A stretch of DNA of 64,000 bases from Parasitella parasitica NRRL 2501. Its lineage: Eukaryota > Fungi > Mucoromycota. The position numbers were made by a program, and so were the translations under genes. Of this stretch, positions 39,709-52,799 are shown one piece after another. How positions within the stretch are numbered: position 1 is the first letter of the stretch; each line of letters starts with the position of its first letter. The notes beneath the pieces were generated by a model, which made no database searches, was not told the origin of the DNA, and saw only the letters and a program-made list of their open reading frames with translations. The stretch spans positions 60,343 through 124,342 of the forward strand of contig MU619301.1 in NCBI GenBank assembly GCA_025201805.1, given 5' to 3'.

Positions 39709-41296
39709 TTAAAATACGTATGGAATGAAAATATAAGGGACACGTCTACAATATTCTTCCCAATCCTTGCCGTACTTTTTGGAGCAACGTTCCATGTCTC
39801 TAGAGACACGATGAGTCAAGACACAGACAAAGAAGCAAAAGTAGAAATAAGGCAAGAAAGATCCAAAACCACAGATCAAACCCCAGGACAAAGACTGGAA
39901 TAAATCGGCAGTGTAATGAGGCTTGCGAACAACACCCCACCATCCAGAAGTTAAAAGCAAGTTGCCATTTTGTGTCTTGACATAGGTGGGGTTCTTGATT
40001 CTTCCCCAGGGGAGTTGAGGGAACGCCTTGCGGTCAATAAAGGAGCCATTCTGCTCCATGCGAAAACGGTTCTTTTGAGAGTTACCAGTATCAAAGACGT
40101 AGTAAGCAGCAAGGAGAGTAGCAAAAATGGCAATGGTATAACTCCAGCCATGACTGATGGTCTCGCCAGTAGTCAACTCGTATTTTATAAGGTAGATGGA
40201 AGAATAACCGTATGTGAATGGAACGCCAGCCATGTTCCAAAAGATAAGCATGAATCCTGATAAAAAAAATAAATAGTTAAATAACCCCATATCTGTCTGT
40301 CAATGTGTTTGGGGGGGTGTTTCTTACCATCCTTCTCGTAAAACATGTCAAAAGAGGTAGGAATACATTCTTCGCCCTTTTGACAGGCATTGGTGTACAG
40401 AAAGTGAGCAAGGACCATAAAGGCGACAGGGCCACTGACATAGCCACGCATTTCATATTGCTTCAATGCACACGAAACAGAGGTAAAGAAGAGGATAGGC
40501 CAAGGCACACGGCACTCTGCCCACATCTTCAAGTCAACAGGACCAATACGCGGATTCAAGGGAGCCCCCATAAAGAAATCGTAAATGGGCTTACCTGACA
40601 TGCGGTGCTGGGTACCTCTTATGATAGAGTTGGTATAAACGAGGAAAGACATTGTGAAACCCCAAATAATTGCTGTGGTCATGATGCCGCCAAAGTTCTC
40701 AATGATGGAGGTCAAGCGGAAGATGCCAGTAACATGAAGCGCAACAGAGAGTGCAAGGGTCAAGTACCATGATGACAGAGCATTGCAGAGATAGGGAAGC
40801 TACATGAAGAGGGATACAAAAAGTTAGCGAATGGCTCTCTCTCTCTCTACTGGTATTCGTCAAAAGAGATACATGCCTTACCACCCTTTAGAGAAGGAAG
40901 GGGAAGGCCATTCACGACAGGCCCGGGCATAAAGTAGGCGCAGAGAAAAGTATAAGCAACAAAGCCCATGTAGATCTTGACAGCGGTCAAGGAAGGATAA
41001 GCACCCAAAGCGATTTTAGCAAGAAATTCCTCTGAAAGAAATTGGATGATGCCATCCTTTGTGTAGGAAGTAGGGCCAATAAGGTGGCCTTGATGGTACT
41101 CTAAGCAAATCCAAAAATAATACATCAAGCAAGGGAACCCCACCATCATACCGAGCGCGCCAGCAGGACCACCGAATTCATATACAACTTCGTTGTCCAC
41201 TTCTTCCTCGTGCTTGGTCAGTTTGCTTTTAAATAAAGGCACGCCATTGCTGTTGACAGTGGGCTGCCCATCAGCGTTCACTTCCTTCACCGCCAT
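39709..41296 (-). CDS. ERG4: Delta24(28)-sterol reductase (ERG4/ERG24 family)
   Basis: [81 protein letters not shown]; two introns. Confidence 0.9.
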
Positions 41297-41849
41297 GTTT
41301 TGATTATAAACAAATAAAAAAAAAAAAAAAAAAAGGTGAAGAAGGAGGAAAACAAATGTGCCGTTTTATACCAGTAATTAAATGCGCGCGGGGAAAAATC
41401 ACCCGTGCTGTTGGTAGCAGTTACTGGCCTCGATTTCGGTTCAACTGTTGTGCCGATTGTGCTACTGTTGTTGATCTTTCTTTGTTTGATGTGCAAGATA
41501 TGCGGTCTTGCCAATGCAGAAAACATGACAATTTATCAGTTACTACACCGAGAATAAAGAAAAGTGTGAATTATAAGGCAAAATCGAAACCATTGCATGT
41601 TTCTTGATAGCTCAATGGCGTTGATAACGTAGGCCGGTGTAGGTTGCAGAAGCAATCGGCAGGTGGGACAGCACTGACATTTCATCTCTCTGCCTTCCAA
41701 TCAGATTCATTCTTGACTTGTGGACCAACACTTTCACATCCAAAATATGATGCAAGACATTGGAAAAAATTCTCTCTATTTATTTTTCAAGCTTTCTCCC
41801 TCTCTCTCTCTCTATTTTCTTTCTTTCTTTCTTTCTTGATGCATTTACA

Positions 41850-43153
41850 ATGGGACAGAGCAAAAGCAGAGAAAATAATGCTCTCTCGAAAAAGACACAT
41901 TGTACGTATCCATTTCGTCATTGCACAAATCGTATGATTTACCTAATTGGTTGCACAGTTTCGACAAAGGAAATAGACAGCCTTCGACAAAACGTAAAGA
42001 CGCAAGATCAAAACAACATTACAGTAGACGTATTCAAGGATGTAAATGGAGAGATGGGTCTATGTGTATGCATGTTGTAATAATCCCTATGTATGTAGTC
42101 TGTCAAACAATATGTGCCAACCGTTTCCATGACAGACGATGTGTTTTTACAGCGGCTGTATTGCGCTTTTGGTGGCGATGAAAAGAAAGAGAAATGCCTT
42201 GATTTCAGGTAAAAAAAAATGGCTACTACCCAGGCTTAGTGGTGCATACTAATTGCTTTTATATATATATATATATATATATAGCACGTTTGTTGATGGT
42301 TTGAGTGTGTTTATGAAGGGAACTCCAGAGGAAAAGCTGAAATGTAAGACGGTGTATGCGTTTATATCCCACATTTGACTCAATTGTACAGTGTCGTTCA
42401 AATTATACGATGTGGACAAGGATGGATATATATCCAAGGACGAATTAGAACATGTCATGATGCAATTGGTAAAGCACGCATAGTTGAAGCATGATTCATG
42501 GCCAACATTTTTCATTAGTCCAAGATGATGTCGGATCAGGATAAGCAAGACGAGGAAATTCAGCGCTCTATTGATTGCATGTTTGAAGACTTTGATGTAG
42601 ATTGCGATGGAAAACTGGCAAGTTGCCGGGTATTTGGCATTCAAACAGCACAGTTAGTAACCTTTTATCATTCTAGTCTTTCGACGAATACAAGCTTTCC
42701 GCCATGAAAGAACCTCTAATTGCCGATTTTGTTGGACGCTTTTTAGATCAGCATAATTTATCAAATAAAGCATCACCTGTATCAAGGCCCACTTCAGTGA
42801 AATCACGGCAATCCTCTCGATCCGTCAACAACACCAGCAACCCACCCACACAACAGAATCGACTATCATATCGACTATCACAAGCCGAATTACTAGATTA
42901 TAGCCATCAGCAGCAGAAAAAAAGCATATCAGACACAGCAACCTCCAACTCTACAACCCCAAGTCCTAGAGCATCTGTTTGTTTACCTTTAACTTCTACA
43001 ACATCTCCTGCTAGTGGGTTGTCATCCAAATCAAATTCTCCTGTTTCGTCTTCATCATCAAACACAGCGTCTAGCGCAAGGCCGAATCTGACTCATAGAT
43101 TAAGTCGAGGCACCAGTATGGCAAGTCTTGATGCTGCAATGACATCCATGTAG
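41850..43153 (+). CDS. N-myristoylated EF-hand calcium sensor (NCS-1/frequenin/calcineurin B-like) with Ser/Thr-rich tail
   Basis: MGQSKS (G2, S6); FVDGLSVFMKGTPEEKLK, SFKLYDVDKDGYISKDEL, FEDFDVDCDGKL|SFDEY; about 6 introns, one GC-AG (42618-42676). Confidence 0.85.
41929..41938. promoter_or_regulatory. Candidate SREBP (SrbA-type) site ATCATACGAT upstream of ERG4
   Basis: Exact ATCGTATGAT on + strand, ~630 bp upstream of the ERG4 ATG, inside intron 1 of the divergent gene. Confidence 0.35.
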
Positions 43154-43649
43154 TAGTGTCAGTAGTAGCTTTTTGCACATACGAATAAAACGTCTCGCTG
43201 GATTCAAATAGCTTGTGCTAGACACATGAAAGCATTGAAAAAAAAAAAAAATGAAAAATACCACTAGAATGTAATGCGCATTGATTGACTATGCCATAAG
43301 TTGTAGTATTCCACAATGCAATGATCACAGTGTAGAAATCCTTGAATTGTCAAGAGCAATGCACTGTTAGACATATTTTTGCGGCTATTTAAATAAATAC
43401 ATCAGCCACCATTCGTTTTGTGTATTTTGCGCAAATCCTCAAATAAGGATTTGCCATTGGATTTTATACACCTTCTTTCTCCACGTTCAAAGGTACCCAA
43501 CATCGTAACTTCCATCCATCCATTCATCCATCCATCCATTAACAACCACATACTGACCGATCTATATTTCTTTCTTTTTTTTTTTTTTNNNNNNNNNNNN
43601 NNNNNNNNNNNNNNNNNNNNNNNNNNNNNNNNNNNNNNTCAACCAACAG

Positions 43650-44274
43650 ATGCCTCCCAAGTTCGATCCCTCTGAGGTTAAGATTATCTACCTTCGTGCT
43701 ACTGGTGGTGAAGTTGGTGCTTCCAGTGCTCTCGGTAAAGTACCAAATGTCCACAGGATTACCACACACACTCACATTCTAAAATATGTATCTAGCCCCC
43801 AAGATCGGTCCTCTTGGTTTGTCCCCCAAGAAGGTTGGTGAGGATATCGCCAAGGGTACCAAGGAATGGAAGGGTCTTCGTGTTACTGTCCAACTGACCA
43901 TCCAAAACCGTCAAGCCCAAGTGTCCGTTGTCCCCTCTGCTTCCTCCTTGGTCATCAAGGCTCTCAAGGAGCCTCTCCGTGACCGCAAGAAGGAAAAGAA
44001 CATCAAGCACTCTGGTAACGTCTCTCTTGAGGACATTATTGAAATCGCCCGTACTATGCGTTTCAAGTCTTTGGCTCGTGAGCTTTCTGGAACCGTCAAG
44101 GAAATCCTTGGCACTGCTTTCTCTGTCGGTTGCACTGTCGATGGTCAAAGCCCCAACGATCTTTGCGCTGCCATTGATGCTGGTGAAATTGAGATCCCTG
44201 TAAGTTTGGTTTCGGCTGGCTAAAAATGTTTATATCGTGTAGCATTGCTAACTCTGTTATCGTAGGAAAAGTAA
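43650..44274 (+). CDS. RPL12: 60S ribosomal protein uL11 (L12)
   Basis: [46 protein letters not shown]..; two coding introns; 5'UTR intron 43493-43649 spans an N gap. Confidence 0.97.
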
Positions 44275-44540
44275 AAATTTATTCGTTGCATTCCCTTTCA
44301 AATCCAACAAAAAATAAATAATTCTTGTATAAACAATCTGTGACAAATTGGAGCTTACAGCGCTGCGTAGTTCAATCTTAAAATGACCACTGACTGAATA
44401 GAGAATAGAGAATAGGAAAAAGTGTGGAATGGAAATTGGACTTTTGGACCATCATTTCCTCTGAAATTATTTCAAAGACTTTTTTTGAGCGTGTCATCAA
44501 CAATGCTCTGTGCATGTAGTTTGATCAAAATACGTGAGCT

Positions 44541-46044
44541 TTATTCAACCTTGATCACAATTTTGCCCTTGGATTGGTTGCTTTCAAGATACCTGTGAGC
44601 ATCAGCAATGTCTTTCCAATTATAGATTTTGTCGACAAAAACCTTGAGTTGGCCGTCATGTTTGGCAATATGGTTCAAGACAGCATGTTGATAAATATCA
44701 TCACGTAAACGAGCTTGATATTCCAAGCTACGAGCTCGGAGGCTGGAGCCCTCAATCTAACAGTGATTACGCAGCATCTGGGTCAATGTTTGCATCAACA
44801 AATGATTAAATAAAAAAACTCACTCTTAATCGCTTTTGAAACATGACAGTGACATCAAACTGCTCAATAATGGCACCTAGATTAAATAGAGTGAGCACGC
44901 ACGCATACGTCATGCATTCAATCATTGCTTTTTACCACTCATGAAAGCCAGAATAACCATATGGCCATCAAAGCCTAGAACGTCCATGTTTTGCTTCCAA
45001 TAATCCTTGCCGACGAAATCAACCAAGACATTAACGCCCTTATTGTTGGTTTCTTGCAAGATCTGCGGTATAACTGTTAGAGGCTTGTATTTGCATTTGC
45101 CAGTTTAAACTTACAATGTCAGACCAGTTTTGTGTCTTGTAGTTGATTCCTTTGGTGGCGCCAATGCTTTCACAAAACTCGACTTTATCATCTGATCCAA
45201 CAGTGACAAAGATACGCTTACTAAGACGCGAATCAGACGGTGTGAATATATGCCGGGTTTGTACCACACTTACGCTCCAGCCTCTTTTGCAAGTTGGATA
45301 GCAGCAATGCCGACACCAGAAGCTCCCGCATGGATCAAGACATCTTGGCCCTTCTTCATCTCGCCAACAAAGAAGAGCGCTTGATATGCCGTGAACCATG
45401 TTTCCGGGATGGCAGCTGCTTCCTCGAAAGAAATAGTATCAGGCTTATGCATGGTCAAGGACTCTTCCAAGACGGCAAACTGATTTTGTGAATGGTTAAT
45501 TGATCCAATGTTTATTCATGCAAGCGCGGAATTCTAATACACATACCTCTGCGTATCCGCCTCCAGGCATGAGACCAAACACAGCCTCGCCAACCTTGAA
45601 GTCTTTGACTGATAAAGTATGCCATTTATCAGTCTGATTCATATTTTTAAAATAACACTCGCCATACCATCTTTGCCAATGCTTTCAACGACGCCGGAAA
45701 CTTCAACGCCCAAGATGGGGCTAGCATGGGCAGGAACTTTGTATTTTCCTTCTCTCTGCAGGATGTCCATTCGATTCAAAGCAAAAGCCTTGACCTTTTA
45801 AAACCGCATAAAGTGTTTGTACTTTTTTTTTTTTTTTTTTTTTTACATGCAACGATCTCTGTCACTCAACCAAACTTACGTTGACCAAGATCTGGGTGTC
45901 GGTGGGAACAGGTTTTTCAAAGCTGCCAAGAGCCAAGTGGGACGCGTCCCCTAACAGCCACACATGTCAGAATGCTGACAGCCGCTACGCTCACAAATGC
46001 TTACCAGGTGTATTTACGATTACTGCACGCATTGAATTAGACAT
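44541..46044 (-). CDS. NADPH:quinone oxidoreductase, PIG3/zeta-crystallin family (MDR)
   Basis: MRAVIV..PG, ALNRMDILQREGKY, LGVEVSG, GGGYAE, AAAIPETWFTAYQAL, VLIHAGASGVGIAAIQLA, AHRYLESNQSKGKIV; many introns. Confidence 0.92.
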
Positions 46045-46403
46045 TTTTGCTTGACTATGGAAGAAAATAAAGAAGAAGAGCTACTCTTTTCCTTGCCGTT
46101 ATATACTCGAAAAAAAAAAAAAAAAAAAAAACAAATCTTTTCCTTGCCTTTAAAAACAAAAAAAAAAAAAAAAAAAAAAACTGCATTACTAAGCTCTGAG
46201 ACTCAAACCCATTATTAATCCATGCTTCGATCACTTTGGCTCATACGGTTTAGTGTTAAAATCAGGAAATGGTTGATATTGATCAGTTGTACAGGACAGC
46301 CATTGATAAAACGCTATGCGCAGCAATGGAGATATCTACTTTGGTTGGGTGATTTCGAGCACTTTTGCACTATATGAAAAGAATTGTTTTGAATGGTTTG
46401 TTA

Positions 46404-46445
46404 ATTTAAAATGTTTATTTAAAATGTTTATTTAAAATGTTTATT
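46404..46445. repeat. 13-bp tandem repeat (TTTAAAATGTTTA)x3
   Basis: Read directly from the sequence. Confidence 0.8.
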
Positions 46446-46978
46446 GCTTGAATTGTGTGCTTGTAAAAGACGAAATAAATGCTATGGTGCAGGTCATTGG
46501 AGACCCAGTAGAAAAGCAACTAACAATGGCAGTGCGGAGCTGACCTGACCTGACTTTGAAGCAACCTCAGATTTTGAGGCTTGATGATGGCATAGAAGCA
46601 GGGCAACCAGCCGGGTAAAGATTGATGATATCAGCTGAACAGCCATGCATGAATAGTGGAGATCTCGCAAGGACAAGGCTCGTCTTTGTAGCAGCAGGTT
46701 CAGTCTGAACTCTATGTTTTTATGTAGATTTATCCTTGGGCATCATTGTGAGGACAGTAGTAGGCAGTCAGTTTGATAATCATGCCCCTAATTGATAGTT
46801 GAATGTTGTCACTTGCAAAGCTGATGCGTGCATTACTATAGGCTCAAATGGCTAATATTTCTGCCCAAAGACCATGATTATCTCGGGTGCTGGAAAATAT
46901 TTTTTTTGTAACATCAATAAAATCGATAAAAGGATTTTCTATTTGTTTTTCTTTTTCCCACGAATATTTCCACACAAA

Positions 46979-48180
46979 ATGTCTGTAACACAGCAGCGCC
47001 TCCCTACACGTCAAAATGTGTGCAAAGTCTTGGAAAACTTTGAAGCGAAGCAGGGCCTCATCTACTTGAGCGGCCAAGTTGTCGTCGAGAGAGATGACAC
47101 TGATGTGGAACAGCCTTTTCGTCAAGAATCCAACTTTTTCTACGTCACTGGTAAGCTTTATACTCACGAGAGCAAAGAGCAAAGAGAGACAGACGGACTC
47201 ACCACCCTCTACGTAAGGCTGTCAACAACCCGACTTCCATGTCACCATTGACCTTGGAACCAAGGCTGTCCATTTGTACTCTCCTAACCTGGACCCGGAG
47301 CACGTCATGTGGATGGGCTTGCCGGATTCACTTGAAACTCTAGTCAACAAGTACGATATTGACGATGCTTGCTATGTCGATAAGCTGAACCAGCGCTTAG
47401 CCGAGGCTACTATCGTTTACACGCTGCCCATCACCAAGACTGACAAGATTGACACTGGTAAGGTAAAACTGTGCAGTGCTGAGCAAAGCAAGCAATTGCA
47501 CACTGCTTTTGCAAAGGCCCGTTCCATCAAGGCTGACTGGGAAGTTGAAATCATTCGTAAAGCCAACGAACTTTCTTCAATTGCTCATGCCAAGGTTAGT
47601 GTTGTTGCATTTAGTGCAGAGATGGCGATTACTATTACTCATTATTCGGCCGCCAGTTGATGAAAGCCTCCAAGGTGGGTACTACTGAAGCGCAATTGCA
47701 CGCCTTGTTCTTGTACGAAACCTACAGTCGCGGTGCCTTCTTCCAGGCTTATTACCCTATTGTTGGTGTTGGCATGAACGCTGCTACTCTCCACTACAAC
47801 AAGAATAACGCCCCTTTGCGTCACGAAACCGATTTAGTGCTTGTGGATGCCGGCTGTGAGGTTTCTTGCTATGCCTCTGACATTACCAGATGCTTCCCTG
47901 TTGGTGGAAAATTCTCGCCAGAAGCTCGTGTCATCTACTCTATTGTTCTTGACATGCAAAAGGTAACGTATATGCGTGTATAAAGCACACTGCTTGTATT
48001 AACAATTGCACCGACAGGCTTGTCTTGCTGCCTGTAAACCCGGTGTTGCTTGGGAAGAGATTCATAACATTGCTACCAAAGTTGCGTGTGATGGTCTTTC
48101 TGATTGTGGTATTCTTGTTGGCGATAAGCAAGAGATATTGGCTAATCATGTCGTTGCCGCCTTTTTCCCTCACGGCAGTA
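46979..48180 (+). CDS. Xaa-Pro aminopeptidase / prolidase (M24B); 3' end lost in an assembly gap
   Basis: PFRQESNFFYVTG, AYYPIVGVGMNAATLHY, LVDAGCE..YASDITR, FFPHG; the sequence runs into N's at 48210. Confidence 0.9.
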
Positions 48181-48209
48181 GGTTTTTTTTTTTTTTTTTT
48201 TTTTTTTTT

Positions 48210-48694
48210 NNNNNNNNNNNNNNNNNNNNNNNNNNNNNNNNNNNNNNNNNNNNNNNNNNNNNNNNNNNNNNNNNNNNNNNNNNNNNNNNNNNNNNNNNNN
48301 NNNNNNNNNNNNNNNNNNNNNNNNNNNNNNNNNNNNNNNNNNNNNNNNNNNNNNNNNNNNNNNNNNNNNNNNNNNNNNNNNNNNNNNNNNNNNNNNNNNN
48401 NNNNNNNNNNNNNNNNNNNNNNNNNNNNNNNNNNNNNNNNNNNNNNNNNNNNNNNNNNNNNNNNNNNNNNNNNNNNNNNNNNNNNNNNNNNNNNNNNNNN
48501 NNNNNNNNNNNNNNNNNNNNNNNNNNNNNNNNNNNNNNNNNNNNNNNNNNNNNNNNNNNNNNNNNNNNNNNNNNNNNNNNNNNNNNNNNNNNNNNNNNNN
48601 NNNNNNNNNNNNNNNNNNNNNNNNNNNNNNNNNNNNNNNNNNNNNNNNNNNNNNNNNNNNNNNNNNNNNNNNNNNNNNNNNNNNNNNNNNNNNN
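48210..48694. other. Assembly gap (N run); further gaps at ~3172, ~43589 and ~56646
   Basis: N runs, each preceded by a long poly(T). Confidence 0.99.
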
Positions 48695-49046
48695 TTTCTT
48701 TTTCGGTTTACATCATGTACGACAGATTATACTATATATATTTAACCCAATATTGTCTCTCACATGAGGACTACGTATATATGTGTGTACCGGTATCAGG
48801 GTAGTGGATCCTGTACAGTCTCTAGCTTGTGCTAATCAAATGCAGCAATACGTTAATCGCCAGACTCAAACATAACCCAATGATACTCGCAGAAATATAA
48901 AATCCTCCATGGATACACGACGACAAATCGGATTTTGATTTGACATGCTGCTTGAAACATTTTTATTGACTATATTTATAAATACTCTTTGAACATTCGC
49001 CTTATCTTGCCTTTCTTTTCAACTTGTCTCTATCGTCAATCTCAAA

Positions 49047-49265
49047 ATGAACTTTCTCAATAAACTCTTCAAAAAGACTGCGCCTGCCAAGGACGACAAG
49101 AAAGAAGCTCTTGAAAAGAAGCCCCAAGAGGAACTGCCCAAAGGATTTGCCAATGATGCTATGCGAACCAGCAACGTGCCCGACACTCTGTACGGATTTG
49201 ATGATCCTGTAGCAAGAAGACTTGGTCCTGTCCCCACCTCAGATCCTACCAATACTGGTGCTTAA
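49047..49265 (+). CDS. Small orphan protein (72 aa)
   Basis: TATA (TATATTTATAAA ~48971), AAAATG context, biased codons, AATAAA downstream. Confidence 0.55.
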   Translation: MNFLNKLFKKTAPAKDDKKEALEKKPQEELPKGFANDAMRTSNVPDTLYGFDDPVARRLGPVPTSDPTNTGA

Positions 49266-52200
49266 TCTCTTAATTTACTTAATACCACTCTACTCTCTTG
49301 AATAAATATTATCCCATACATCTTTATTTCTAATACTACATTACTATCATGGCTGCTATATTATTGATGGGGGTGGGGGGTGGGGGCGGTTCCATGTAGT
49401 TTTTTCCTTTCCTCGGAATGCAGATTGAGGCGTCGCCATGCGGTTGAATTGCTTCATCTTTGTCTTGTTAATCCTAGGCATTCTTTTTGTCGATTTTATT
49501 TGTACATGTTCCAAATTACTCTACTTTGATTTTATTTTTATTTTTATTTTTTCTTTTTCCTTTATCTGATTTTTCTGATTTTTTGATCCATGCTCTTATT
49601 TGTCCAGAAATCTAGATGAATAACGTTTAGCCGTTTCCCGATGTGGGGAAAGTTATTGTTTATTATAATAGTGGTTAACCCAATCATATACTATATGTGT
49701 ATATGCGAGTTTATCGAGCCAGGATACGCTCCTATCCATATCTTTGCAATTGTATGCACAGATGTTATAGTATACAGGGCCATCTCAAGCTTTCATTGTA
49801 ACACCGTTACGGGTTGTTTTGGTGCTACCATCTCTGCATAGCAGCCGCATCAACAAAAGGCATGACACCAAACAAAACACCCTTCCAAATACTTTTCCCG
49901 TTTTAAAGCCACAAATCCGCTTGCTGTGAATTATCAATTCATGACAAATCAAACCGTTGTACTCGCCTGTGGTTGATTATACACTAATACATATTCTCAA
50001 TCTACAGGAATCGCATCAACTCAGAGCACATAGCATGCTTTTGTTGGCTAGAATAATAACGCAACGCAACATACTGCTGTTTTTTTTTTGTTTTTTTTGT
50101 TGTTTTGTTTTTGCGTCTGCGAGCCCACAGTTATATGGCCGAATGAGATAACCAAAAAAAAAAAAAAAAAATTCCAATTGTGCCAATTTAGAGTAAAATT
50201 CTGTTATTTTTTTTTTTAAATAGAAATCGGAACGGGATTGAATGACAAAAGTCTAAATCTTTTATTCTGCAGCTTGTCAATCAGGATTGCCGAGGTTAGG
50301 TTAAGTATGCTAAGACGTCCCGGGAAAGGTATATTGAAAAAGAACTAGGCTGAAGGTAAATGCTATCCCTACATGATGTTTTTACTTTACACAGTTCGTC
50401 ATTTTATTCCAAAAAAAAAAAAAAAGCCATTTTCTACTTTGTAAAGCATTGTCTGCTTACCACCTGTCCAAGAGACAATCCTTAAAAAAGACAAAGTAAA
50501 TTAGCAAGAGTCCGGTAGAAAAAAAGAGAGTAAACTGTTGTGGCCGTGAAAAAAATAAATAAAAATAAAATAAAATTACGAACGAAACTTGGACTTTTGC
50601 GCTCAAGGATCGCTTAATACAAGGATCCAAAGGATTTTATTTACTCTATTATAATGTCTTGAAAAGATCGCCGATAATCTCCTTGAGACATTCAGCAGTA
50701 ACCTGCATCTCTTTGTTGGATTTCTACATTTACTTGAAATTTATTTGCCATACAAAAAGATTAAGCATCACACATAACAGGTACATATCACATTCATGTT
50801 CGCACCTTTCTTCCCGCTATTCCTCACTTTGTGTAGGTCTAATGGTGATTTGAATTTTTCAAAACGACCTCGTCAATCGTAGAAATGGTCAACGACTCTC
50901 CTTTACCTCTGCTCTTATACCCTGACGCGAACCTTTGAATCCTGTATCATCCTAACCATGTAATATCTGATGTAATCTGCTGTGCGGTGTTGGCGTTATG
51001 ACTTTTTTGTTTCCCTGTTTTTGGTGCCTGTCCTGAAGAAGTGGGAGTGGTGCCCCATAGGCCTTTGTGATATGGTCCAGGTGTGGTGACCTGGAACGAC
51101 TGATCCCGCGAACCTCCTACGTCTTTCGAGACAATGGGAACTCTTGTGTCTTTCGAGACATTAAGAGATAGGTTTCTTATCAATCATAAATATATTCAAT
51201 AGTTTCATTCCTTCTTCCCCAAACACATTTTACACCTGATATTCTCACCTACGCTCCCCCAACCTCCGATCTCAGTCGTTCTCTCTTCTGTCGTTCTCTC
51301 TTCTACGCTCCCCCTACCTCTGATCTCAGTCTTTCTCTCCTCTTCCTCCTTGGTACGTTTGAAGGACTTTAAACAATGAAATAAAACCCTTATTTCCCTA
51401 AAAAAAAAAAATCACATTTATGTTTGTTGGCGATGTAAGATCAGGTGTGAGGACGCTGTGAGCCACTGACTTTCTCTCGAACGAAAGCAACCTTTTGCAA
51501 AGCTAAATATATCTATATCCACGAGAAAGATTAGCAATGAACGCACTAATACAGCATTTACGCTTAATGACAAATATGCCTACAAGCTGTATTTTCACCA
51601 AGGACGCAACCAAAGTTCTGCTACCAGCAATAGCCAAAGGTCTAATTGCCAGATTCCTATACTATTGTTGGATAATCTTTTTAGCATATTATTAAATAGA
51701 ACATAGTGTACATCTTAACATTATTTACTCTGTTTAGAGAGTTTTTAGTTTAAATGAAAATACATGATCATTTATTTGATGCTTTGTTTCATACGCATAT
51801 ATTTTACTTACAAATTTTCTAGTTTCTGAAAAAGAAATGCGCTTGGCTTAACGCCGACTTCTCGAAAATCAACAGTGGAACTGAAAGCATTTGTTAACTT
51901 CATTCCTTCTTGGTCTATATTTGTTTTGCTTTATTCTTGTATATTATTTGTTGACTGTGTACAGTTTTCAAGATTTTTTTTAGTGTTAGTTATACGAAAA
52001 ACTTTCCAAATTAGGATATAAGTAAGTGAATGATACTATAAATCAAGTAAGAGATACTGAGTATTTCCCTGCATTAGAGACAGCAGGATTAAGTCTTGAA
52101 TTACCCTTACCATGTCTTGAGTACAATTCGATTCAAACCGGAAATCTAGTATATCATTAGCAGTTAGAAAACATGTATAAACCTTCACATCTCGATTTAT

Positions 52201-52799
52201 TTTATTAAAAAAAAAAAAATACATAACCACTATTTTCGCATTCAATCTTGTTAATAATAGGTCGTCTTGTCATTCGCTTTTAATGATCTCAAAAGACGCC
52301 TTATTTCTATTGATGATTAAGAAGAACAAATGTCAGATCAGTCAGTCTTGCGGACTAATCAGCACTTGAACAGCCAATTTACTTTCATGATACATACAAT
52401 CAACAACAAGCATAACAGAGAAGTTGGGCATAAATCTCACCACAATTCCCTGTTCAATGCAATATCCTTTCAATTACAACAGCAAAATTAACAACTAAGA
52501 CAGCAACAAGACATAATCCAAACATTAACAACAAACCAGCAGTTTCTGAAGTCGCAGCTACAGCTTGCTTTCGCAGGCTAAGAATACAGTAGATTGATAA
52601 ATTGAGAATTTCGGACCAACACAGGTAAAAGCTGCTTCCGAACACCACATCCCATCCAAGACTAGCAAAGAAGACAAAGTGTAAGGACTCTTCTTCTTTT
52701 CTTTCTTATATTTATTGTACGCCTGCCATCAAACATGAAATAAAAAAAAAAAAAAAAAAAAAGACAGTAGGCTCAACCATCATCAACCCTCCAGCTTCG

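Noticed and set aside
46490-46720. TGATGA/CTGA words or a coding remnant in the divergent promoter
   Set aside because: No terminal stem, rRNA guide or recognisable protein motif.
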